In this document: positions 1-8,023 of the stretch, piece by piece
Layout of the letters: every line of letters starts with the position of its first letter
Position numbering within the stretch: position 1 is the stretch's first letter
Assembly (NCBI GenBank): GCA_020025055.1
Contig: JAHHST010000001.1
Span: 1-42,279, forward strand
Length of the DNA: 42,279 nucleotides
Origin: Longicatena sp.
Lineage (GTDB): Bacteria > Bacillota_I > Bacilli_A > Erysipelotrichales > Erysipelotrichaceae
Direction of reading: 5' to 3'
Notes under the pieces: generated by a model
Databases searched by the model: none
Seen by the model: only the letters and a program-made list of their open reading frames with translations
What the model was told of the DNA's origin: nothing
Position numbers and translations under genes: made by a program

Positions 1-295
1 ATACACATTGCATAAATTCATATAAGTTTCCATTATCTCATTACAAAACTTTATTATATTTTCTTTTCATTTTGGATTCCTTTGACTTTCTGCCTCTAGT
101 TTTAATTCTTTATTCTTTTCGCTATTCCACTCATTCATCAATAAATAATTCTCACTTAAATACATTTTTAACCTTCTCTTCTATTGAATGATAAAACGAA
201 TATTCTATTTATTATATAGTTTTCATCACATCTTCTCATTAAAATATAATATTGGTATCATCAAACAATAAAGAAATCTAATATGATTTTATTAA

Positions 296-874
296 TCATC
301 TATCTTTCCATAATACCAAATCTACTTTTTTCACATCTGTAATATTCATATTTGGATAGACTTTATCAAACAAGCGAACAATCATCTTCGCTTCCTCTCC
401 ATTCATATATTCTAAATATACATTCGTATATTCATGATATTTATCTATAATCATTTCTAATCTTGAAGAATACTTTTTAGGAGTATAAACCGTATAGCTA
501 ATATCAAAATGATTCTGTGCAACAATCGTATCCCATACAGGCATATTTGGATTGATTGTGGCTAAAAGCTTGCTTGAAAATGATAACTCACATCGTTTCG
601 TTTTATTATAAATATATGTCGCAATATCATCAATGCATAACTCTTTATCTTTTTTACATCTTTCCATATATGCATAATATATTTCATAATACTCTTTAGG
701 TCGTTGTCTCATACGATAAAAGCCATTATATTTTTTCTGAAACTCTTTATCATGTGAAACATCGGCATCCTGAACCATATCCATAATTGCCTTGTATTTT
801 AACATCCCCGTTTTTAATTCTTTCCCGTTTAAAATATCCATTACTTTTTCTTCTGTTAAACCATATATTTTCAT
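296..874 (-). CDS. hypothetical protein, 192 aa, no family recognised
   Basis: Uninterrupted ORF with AGGAG 9 nt upstream of the ATG. Candidate sigmaA promoter TTTACA-17-TAAGAT (revcomp of 934-939 / 911-916). No catalytic or binding motif I can name. It occupies the position where the body of the decayed hsdM gene would be. Confidence 0.6.
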   Translation of the reverse strand: MKIYGLTEEKVMDILNGKELKTGMLKYKAIMDMVQDADVSHDKEFQKKYNGFYRMRQRPKEYYEIYYAYMERCKKDKELCIDDIATYIYNKTKRCELSFSSKLLATINPNMPVWDTIVAQNHFDISYTVYTPKKYSSRLEMIIDKYHEYTNVYLEYMNGEEAKMIVRLFDKVYPNMNITDVKKVDLVLWKDR

Positions 875-969
875 AATTTTTTACTCCTGTACTTAAATTA
901 TCTTTAGTTCATCTTATGCTCATTTTCTTTATTTGTAAAGATTACAGAAATAAAAAAAGAGACATATTT

Positions 970-1125
970 GGCATTCTTTTGCCTGTTTATTATCTGATTC
1001 ATCTAAATCATGAATAAACATTAAATATGTAATTTGTTCAATAACTTCTAATGGGTTTGTTAAACCTCCTGTAGAAACGTATTCCACAATGCATCAATTT
1101 TGTTCTTTAATTCTCCTGTTATCAT
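970..1125 (-). pseudogene. hsdM: 5' stub of a type I R-M methyltransferase (hsdM-like), frameshifted and truncated
   Basis: The ATG at 1125-1123 overlaps the fic stop (TAATG). Frame 0 reads MITGELKNKIDALWNTF and then stops. Shifting frame at about 1075-1077 gives STGGLTNPLEVIEQITYLMFIHDLDESDNKQAKE. Joined, this matches the conserved HsdM N-terminal pattern as I remember it (MxTGELKxKID.LW..FWSGGxxNPLEVIEQITYLxFIxxLD). The shifted frame ends at a stop at 929-931 after unrelated residues. Confidence 0.55.
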
Positions 1126-2189
1126 TATTCTTCCTCCCAATTCCAAACATATGATGTATAACGGCCTCCGCCTTGTTTAATAATTTTATTTTCATCCAAC
1201 AATTGTGCTAATGTGCGCTGTATTGTTGTTTGACTAATATCCGGACACATCTTAATTAAATCAGCTTTGGTAATTTTTCCTATATGTTCTTTAATAATTA
1301 TTTTAATTCTATCTGGTTTTGATGTAGCTATTTTTGAAATGACCATGACACGTGATTCAAACTCACGATATGCCGCAACAATACTTCCTAAATAATACTT
1401 CACAAATGGCTCATATGTATTCTTATTATCATGCCACCCAATTGAGCAATTGTATAGCATTTCGTAATACGTTTCTTTACTTTTTTCAATATTTTTTTCA
1501 ACACTTATATATTTCCCAACAATATAGTCTGATTGATATAACATCAACAATGTTAATAATCGGCTCATTCTTCCATTCCCATCATTAAATGGGTGAATAC
1601 ATAGAAAGTCTAGTATAAACATTGGAATTAATAATAAAGGGTCAATTTCCTTGTTTATAGCCTCATTGAATGCATCACATAGATTTTGCATAGCATCTTT
1701 GGTTTCCCATGCAGAAACAGGTTGAAATCTCACATGCTGTACACCATCAGAATCTTCTTCAGCAATGATATTATCCGATGTTTTATATGTTCCTCCTAAA
1801 CTTGTTCCAGAATGTTTATATAAATCACGATGTAATTGTAAAATCATAGATGGTTTAATTGGAATGTATTCATAATTTTCATGAATAATATTCAACACAT
1901 CTCGATATCCTGCAATCTCTTCTTCATTACGTGTTTTAGGCATTGTTTTATCCATTACGATTTTTTTCAATCTTTGATCTGAAGTATAAATACCTTCAAT
2001 CTTATTTGATGCTTCTGTACTTTGAATTTTAGCAATTTCTAATAATTTATTTAACTTATCAGCATTTTCCTCAATAAATAAATTTTGTTCCCCTTTAAAT
2101 TCATGAATCTTAGTTAATAATGATATGATTTCTGGCGTAAATAATTTTTTATAACTTTCTAAATAACTAAAATTCCTCATTTTTATCAC
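1125..2189 (-). CDS. fic: Fic family protein (AMPylase-type), class II, with C-terminal winged-HTH
   Basis: Canonical Fic motif HPFNDGNGRMSRLL, i.e. HxFx(D/E)GNGRxxR. N-terminal inhibitory-helix motif SNKIEG, i.e. (S/T)xxxE(G/N). The C-terminal ~70 aa look like a wHTH (ISQTTIQRTLAQLLDENKIIKQGGGRYTSY). Confidence 0.9.
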   Translation of the reverse strand: MIKMRNFSYLESYKKLFTPEIISLLTKIHEFKGEQNLFIEENADKLNKLLEIAKIQSTEASNKIEGIYTSDQRLKKIVMDKTMPKTRNEEEIAGYRDVLNIIHENYEYIPIKPSMILQLHRDLYKHSGTSLGGTYKTSDNIIAEEDSDGVQHVRFQPVSAWETKDAMQNLCDAFNEAINKEIDPLLLIPMFILDFLCIHPFNDGNGRMSRLLTLLMLYQSDYIVGKYISVEKNIEKSKETYYEMLYNCSIGWHDNKNTYEPFVKYYLGSIVAAYREFESRVMVISKIATSKPDRIKIIIKEHIGKITKADLIKMCPDISQTTIQRTLAQLLDENKIIKQGGGRYTSYVWNWEEE

Positions 2190-2199
2190 TCCTATAATA

Positions 2200-2266
2200 A
2201 TTATATTTTAATTTAGTCATAGCATCAATTAATTTAGTCATTTTCTGTAAAATGACTAAATTAATT
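2200..2266 (-). promoter_or_regulatory. fic promoter with palindromic operator-like repeats
   Basis: On the minus strand: TTGATG (2223-2228) - 17 nt - TATAAT (2200-2205). A perfect inverted repeat AATTAATTTAGTCATTTT / AAAATGACTAAATTAATT (2227-2244 and 2249-2266, 4-nt centre) overlaps the -35. A third copy of the half-site, TTAATTTAGTCAT (2208-2220), lies in the spacer. Confidence 0.5.
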
Positions 2267-2410
2267 ATGTATGTGATTATATTGATTCATCCTAAAATAC
2301 GTCAGAAAAATATAAAATAATTAAAAATAAATCTATATAAACAAATAAAACTACCAGTATATGAAGTAAACCGTAAAGATTGGACAAAACTGGAGACGTT
2401 TTCTTTAATC

Positions 2411-2451
2411 AAAAAACCCTCTGAGATGCGAAATACCGCATAAACAAAGGG
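2411..2451 (-). terminator. rho-independent terminator of lysS
   Basis: Minus strand: CCCTTTGTTTATGCGGTATTTCGCATCTCAGAGGG followed by TTTTTT. It has an outer 7-bp stem and an inner ATGCG/CGCAT stem, and starts 32 nt after the lysS stop. Confidence 0.75.
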
Positions 2452-2482
2452 TTTTAATGAGTTTTATCAGTTTGTGAAATTC

Positions 2483-3976
<1,494 letters not shown>

Positions 3977-3990
3977 TTATTTATTCATAA

Positions 3991-4229
3991 AAAAAAGACT
4001 CCATCCTCATAGGGACGAGAGTCTCATCGTGGTACCACCCTAATTCATCAGTCGGTTTCCCTAACTGACCTTAGTGACTATAAAAGTCTATCTTTAACGC
4101 AGATTACACGTTCTTTCGAAATGCTCCAAGTCTTTATTTCAAAATATGTTCCACTATCCTGTTCTCATCACCAAGGACTCTCTTTGAGTTTTCCAAATTT
4201 CTACTCTCTCTTCAACGCAAATATTTACG
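3991..4229 (-). promoter_or_regulatory. T-box riboswitch leader, lysine (AAG) specifier, controlling lysS
   Basis: Minus strand carries the conserved T-box sequence AATTAGGGTGGTACCACG (4028-4045). It is followed by the terminator GAGACTCTCGTCCCTATGAGGATGGAGTC + T8 (3991-4027). The stem I 5' part is TTGCGTTGAAGAGAGAGTAG, with distal GGTGATGAG. The specifier-loop context GAAATA-AAG-A-CTTGGAGCA aligns with B. subtilis glyQS GAA-GGC-A-CUUCGAGCA, which places the codon AAG at 4132-4134. Confidence 0.85.
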
Positions 4230-4235
4230 TGTATG

Positions 4236-4264
4236 ATTATATAAAGATTACCTATATTTGTCAA
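4236..4264 (-). promoter_or_regulatory. sigmaA promoter of the lysS T-box leader
   Basis: Minus strand: TTGACA (4259-4264) - 17 nt - TATAAT (4236-4241). Both hexamers are consensus. Confidence 0.7.
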
Positions 4265-4275
4265 ATCATTCCCAT

Positions 4276-4309
4276 GAAAAAGCAAAAGAAAAGTGCTATT
4301 TCAAGCACG
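4276..4309 (-). terminator. weak terminator after the DUF134/NifX operon
   Basis: Minus strand: GTGCTTGAAATAGCAC followed by TTTTCTTTTGCTTTTT. The stem is only 5 bp, so support is modest. Confidence 0.4.
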
Positions 4310-4317
4310 ATTCATTT

Positions 4318-4686
4318 TTATTGATGGTCTCCACAATCATGTGCATGTTCATGTTCATGACAAATAGATCCTGTTGATTTTAAATCTCCACGAAGCCAAG
4401 CATCTACTGCTGCACGAGCATCTCCTCTTGCACCTAATACGACTTCTACATTTCTTTCATTGAAGATATCAACAGCACCTCCACCCATACCTCCAGCAAT
4501 TACAACTTCAGCTCCATTGTCTGCTAAAAAGTTTGGCAAGAATCCTGGACGATGTCCTGGATTTGGTACACTTTCTTCTTTTACAATTGTTCCATTTTCT
4601 ACATCAAAGAAAATAAAGTTTTCGCAATGTCCAAAATGCATTGCAACATCTGTTCCCATAGCTGGTATAGCAATTCTCATAATCAT
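4318..4686 (-). CDS. NifX/NifB-C-terminal-type (FeMo-cofactor-binding fold) protein with His/Cys-rich tail
   Basis: MRIAIPA...HFGHCENFIFFDVENG...VVIAGGMGGGA matches the small dinitrogenase iron-molybdenum cofactor domain family. The C-terminus is CHEHEHAHDCGDHQ. The start may be the third codon (ATG at 4680), which has better RBS spacing. Confidence 0.85.
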   Translation of the reverse strand: MIMRIAIPAMGTDVAMHFGHCENFIFFDVENGTIVKEESVPNPGHRPGFLPNFLADNGAEVVIAGGMGGGAVDIFNERNVEVVLGARGDARAAVDAWLRGDLKSTGSICHEHEHAHDCGDHQ

Positions 4687-4707
4687 ATTCTCCTTTTTCT
4701 TATATAT

Positions 4708-5499
4708 TTATAATTCTACAATACTTCCTGTAGAAATATAATCTAACTGATCTTTCATTCTTTCTTTTAAGAATTGATACTGTTCTACTCCTGTACAATG
4801 TCCAGTATAGTATTTTGTTGGATACTTCATAAGTTCTTCACAAGCATCCTCTAATACTTTACAATCTTCTTGTTTTTGAAAATCTAACTTTTTAAAATGG
4901 AACCCTCCAACTAACACCTCTGGAGTTAACCAATTCATAATATTTAAAATACCTTTATGTGAACATCCACTAAAGACTACTGTTATATCTTCTTTTACAA
5001 TCAAATATTGTTCATGAAAAAAGTTATCTGGTAACAATGTAGCATCTACCTTTCTATTTAATCCATAACACTCTACTGGGTATTTACATTCTTTTTTATT
5101 ACATGTAACTAATGTTAATTCTTCATCAATATTATATTCATCATCTATATATACAAAACGTTTTTCATTCTTTAAATCTTGATCTAATCCAATATATTTT
5201 TCACTTCCATTATAATGTGGAATAAATACTTCTTTATTCATATAAATCTTTGCATGATCATTTAATTGTAAAAATGTTTTTAATCCTCCACCATGATCAT
5301 AATGCCCATGAGATAAAATACAAATATCAACATCTTCTAAATGAACTCCCATTGCTTTGGCATTTTTTATAAAAAGATCTGATTGTCCTGTATCAAATAA
5401 TATTTTATGATGCCTTGTTTCTATATATAAACTTAATCCATGTTCAAATCCTAAATTTTGATTCATCGTTGTATTTTCTACTAATGTATATACTTTCAT
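4708..5499 (-). CDS. MBL-fold metallo-hydrolase
   Basis: Has the HxHxDH motif (ILSHGHYDHGGGL) and a downstream GCSHKG / TGHCTG histidine pattern. Its start overlaps the upstream gene's stop in ATGA (5496-5499). Confidence 0.85.
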   Translation of the reverse strand: MKVYTLVENTTMNQNLGFEHGLSLYIETRHHKILFDTGQSDLFIKNAKAMGVHLEDVDICILSHGHYDHGGGLKTFLQLNDHAKIYMNKEVFIPHYNGSEKYIGLDQDLKNEKRFVYIDDEYNIDEELTLVTCNKKECKYPVECYGLNRKVDATLLPDNFFHEQYLIVKEDITVVFSGCSHKGILNIMNWLTPEVLVGGFHFKKLDFQKQEDCKVLEDACEELMKYPTKYYTGHCTGVEQYQFLKERMKDQLDYISTGSIVEL

Positions 5500-6359
5500 A
5501 ATAAAATCTCCATTACTTTTTGATAAACTTTATATAATGCATCTTTGGCAGGACAATCGATTTGGGCAATGCTTTTTCCATTATTCATTGCTTTTGAAGC
5601 CGTCTTGTCATATGGTATTTTTCCTACAAGTGGTATATCTTCTTCTTTACAGAACTCTTCAATCGCTTGTGCATTTTGAATACTACTATTCCATTTATTA
5701 ACACATACTACAAGTTTTACTTGAAGTGTATTCGCAGTCTTTACTAAACGTTTTAAATCACTTAATCCAGAAATCGATGGTTCTGCAACCACAAGTACTA
5801 AATCCACTCCCGTAATAGAAGCAATCACAGGACATCCAATTCCTGGTGAACCATCAATAATCGCAAGTTCTGTATCTTCTTTTGCATGTGCAATCATTTC
5901 TTTTTTTACTTCAGTAACTAGTTTTCCAGAATTTCCTCTGCCCATTTTTAACTTTGCCGTAGAAAATACTTTTTGTCCTAGATAAAGTTGTTGAAGCCCT
6001 GCTACATCTTGTTTTAAAGTGATTGCTTTTTGTGGACATATATATTCACATACTCCACAACCCTCACATGCATACTCATCAATTTTATATACATGATTTT
6101 CCCGGGTAATAGCATCAAAGCGACAATGATTTGCACAAGCTCCACAAGCAATACATTGTTCTGAATTAATATATGCTTTTTCAGATCCTAAAAAATCTTT
6201 TTTTATTGGTTCTTCATCCATGGAAGATACAATATGAAGATTCGGTGCATCGACATCACAATCTGCCATTGCTTTTGCATTCGCAAAATGAATAAAAGCT
6301 GCGGCAGTTGTTGTTTTTCCTGTTCCACCTTTACCACTTAAAATCAATAACTTTTTCAT
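5496..6359 (-). CDS. MinD/ParA-superfamily P-loop ATPase with inserted 2x[4Fe-4S] ferredoxin domain (paralog 2)
   Basis: Deviant Walker A LSGKGGTGKTT. The insert is CIACGACANHC ... CEGCGVCEYICP (CxxCxxCxxxC twice). ATGA overlap with the upstream paralog at 6356-6359. Confidence 0.9.
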   Translation of the reverse strand: MKKLLILSGKGGTGKTTTAAAFIHFANAKAMADCDVDAPNLHIVSSMDEEPIKKDFLGSEKAYINSEQCIACGACANHCRFDAITRENHVYKIDEYACEGCGVCEYICPQKAITLKQDVAGLQQLYLGQKVFSTAKLKMGRGNSGKLVTEVKKEMIAHAKEDTELAIIDGSPGIGCPVIASITGVDLVLVVAEPSISGLSDLKRLVKTANTLQVKLVVCVNKWNSSIQNAQAIEEFCKEEDIPLVGKIPYDKTASKAMNNGKSIAQIDCPAKDALYKVYQKVMEILL

Positions 6360-7192
6360 TTTACTGCACCTTCAATCTTTTCTAATAAATCGAAAAATAA
6401 TGCATGTACATGATCATTACACTCACATACAATCTTCCCTTGTGCAGCTAAACTAGCCATTGTTTTATCATATGGAATACGCGCTAAAATAGGAATTTTA
6501 TGTTCTTTACAAAAATCTTCTAGTGGTTGATATAGAATTTCTTGTTTGTTGATGACAACTCCCATTTTTTTATCTAATAGCGATGCCAATTCATATACCA
6601 TACAAAAATTATGGAATCCAAATGCTGTTGGCTCTGCGACCAAAACACAGTAATCTGCATCTGTAATGGTTTCCATGACACTACATGCACTTCCTGGAGG
6701 ACAATCATAAACAACCAATCCATCGTGTTTACTTCCTAATTTTTGTACTTCTTTAATCACCGGAATTCCACTCGATTCTCCGGTATTTAAAATACCTGTA
6801 ATTACATGTACGTCTTGATGCCAGCCATCTTCAATAACTCCAACTGGATGTTTGGTTTCGTGTATAGCGTCGTTTGGACATACAAGCATGCATCCACCGC
6901 ATGAATGACAAACTTCTTTAAAAATTAAAGGTCGATTAACTAAATAAATCAATGCATTGAAATGACAAAAATCAACGCATTTGCGACATCCATCGCATTT
7001 TTTTACATCGAATTCTGGCATCATTCTATTTACGGTTATAGTTGTTATATTTTCTGGTTTAAAAAATAAATGTCCATTTGGTTCTTCTACATCACAATCA
7101 ATATAAGTTGCATGGTTTGCTACTGCGGCTAAATTTACAGAAACAAAAGTTTTTCCCGCTCCGCCTTTTCCGCTTAATACTGCAAGTTTCAT
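6356..7192 (-). CDS. MinD/ParA-superfamily P-loop ATPase with inserted 2x[4Fe-4S] ferredoxin domain (paralog 1)
   Basis: Deviant Walker A LSGKGGAGKT. The insert is CDGCRKCVDFC ... CHSCGGCMLVCP. ATGA overlap with the upstream NifX-like gene at 7189-7192. Confidence 0.9.
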   Translation of the reverse strand: MKLAVLSGKGGAGKTFVSVNLAAVANHATYIDCDVEEPNGHLFFKPENITTITVNRMMPEFDVKKCDGCRKCVDFCHFNALIYLVNRPLIFKEVCHSCGGCMLVCPNDAIHETKHPVGVIEDGWHQDVHVITGILNTGESSGIPVIKEVQKLGSKHDGLVVYDCPPGSACSVMETITDADYCVLVAEPTAFGFHNFCMVYELASLLDKKMGVVINKQEILYQPLEDFCKEHKIPILARIPYDKTMASLAAQGKIVCECNDHVHALFFDLLEKIEGAVK

Positions 7193-7545
7193 TGTAAACC
7201 ATGGAAGCCTGCATGAAAATGTGTCAACTCTTCCAATTTATTTTCTAAATAAGCTTCGATTTCAACATCTGCCATTTGATGCGTAGACTTATAAATTTTA
7301 ATACCTGCAGCTTTAAATACTTCTGCCGCATTTTCTCCACAACGCACTGTAATTAATACTTCACAGCCGTGATCCACAACGCATTGTGCTGCTTTAATTC
7401 CTGCTCCACCTTGTGCTTCTGCACCAGGATTTTCTACATATTCTGTTTGCTCTGTATCGGTATCGTGAACCATAAAAAATGGAGCACGTCCAAATGAAAC
7501 ACATACGTTTTTTTTATCTTCATCCAACGGAATCATTATTTTCAT
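7189..7545 (-). CDS. NifX/NifB-C-terminal-type (FeMo-cofactor-binding fold) protein
   Basis: 118 aa. MKIMIPLDEDKKNVCVSFGRAPFFMVHD...VLITVRCGENA matches the same small Nitro_FeMo-Co domain family as 4318-4686. Confidence 0.85.
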   Translation of the reverse strand: MKIMIPLDEDKKNVCVSFGRAPFFMVHDTDTEQTEYVENPGAEAQGGAGIKAAQCVVDHGCEVLITVRCGENAAEVFKAAGIKIYKSTHQMADVEIEAYLENKLEELTHFHAGFHGLQ

Positions 7546-7557
7546 ATATTTTTCCTC

Positions 7558-7905
7558 CTACTTTATTCTTGGACATGGATGACACCCTCGTTTATGGCAA
7601 CAAGTTTCTTTCTCATCGCATAATCGATAGTCTCCACCTTCAATTTTTAATTTTTTTCCTTCTACTAACATAAGCGCAATTTTTTTTCGTGCAGAAGTAT
7701 ACATCTGCTGAACGGTTGTTCTTGCTACATTCATATATAAACTACATTCTTCTTGTGAATATCCTTCTTGATCGATTAAGCGAATAGTTTCATATTCATC
7801 TACTGTCAATATGATACAATCTTCATTTGCAACACATTCTTTAGGTGCAAATTCATTATATGATGGCATTTGACAAACTCTTCTACACTTTCTTGGTCGT
7901 GGCAT
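7558..7905 (-). CDS. DUF134 (UPF0251) family predicted DNA-binding protein with Cys-rich C-terminus
   Basis: Hallmark N-terminus MPRPRKCRRV..P....F.P. Sigma-70 region-4-like HTH (LTVDEYETIRLIDQEGYSQEECSLYMNVARTTVQQMYTSARKKI). The C-terminal tail is CDEKETCCHKRGCHPCP. It is the first gene of the operon. Confidence 0.85.
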   Translation of the reverse strand: MPRPRKCRRVCQMPSYNEFAPKECVANEDCIILTVDEYETIRLIDQEGYSQEECSLYMNVARTTVQQMYTSARKKIALMLVEGKKLKIEGGDYRLCDEKETCCHKRGCHPCPRIK

Positions 7906-7925
7906 ATATTCACCTCCATAGTTTT

Positions 7926-7976
7926 TGACATATGTTATTTACAATTTCATTATACTCTGTTAATGACATATGTCAA
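7926..7976 (-). promoter_or_regulatory. sigmaA promoter of the DUF134 operon flanked by two copies of a 12-bp palindrome
   Basis: Minus strand: TTGACA (7971-7976) - 16 nt - TATAAT (7949-7954). The perfect palindrome TGACATATGTCA (7964-7975) overlaps the -35. A second copy, TGACATATGTTA (7926-7937, one mismatch), lies just downstream of the predicted start site. Confidence 0.55.
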
Positions 7977-7980
7977 TAAT

Positions 7981-8015
7981 AAAAAAGTATCCTACCTCTT
8001 CTTCAGCAGAATACT
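7981..8015 (-). terminator. rho-independent terminator of dusB
   Basis: Minus strand: AGTATTCTGCTGAAGAAGAGGTAGGATACT followed by TTTTTT (7-bp stem with one G-U pair), 9 nt after the dusB stop. Confidence 0.65.
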
Positions 8016-8023
8016 TTTTTTAC

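Noticed and set aside
67-165. 32-codon minus-strand ORF (MYLSENYLLMNEWNSEKNKELKLEAESQRNPK) at the window edge
   Set aside because: The NEWNSEKNKEL stretch faintly recalls the start of zinc-ribbon (EW..EKN) domain proteins, and there is a GAAGG upstream. It is too short and the similarity too weak to call either a gene or a remnant.
1352-1588. Plus-strand ORFs antisense to fic, lysS, the NifX/MinD genes, dusB, tilS, spoIIE, hpt, levR, atp genes, upp, rpiB and tsaC (e.g. 1352-1588, 2880-3158, 3599-3814, 4460-4741, 7479-7673, 8658-8882, 13093-13398, 13477-13761, 28158-28355, 37994-38278, 39124-39381, 40658-40873)
   Set aside because: All are embedded antisense in well-supported genes, lack Shine-Dalgarno sequences and have implausible compositions. 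No independent evidence supports coding.
4318-7545. Interpreting the NifX/NifB-like genes as evidence of nitrogen fixation
   Set aside because: No nifH/D/K, nifE/N, radical-SAM nifB domain or nifV is present in the window. These small Nitro_FeMo-Co-domain proteins occur widely in non-diazotrophs, so only the domain-level call is justified.
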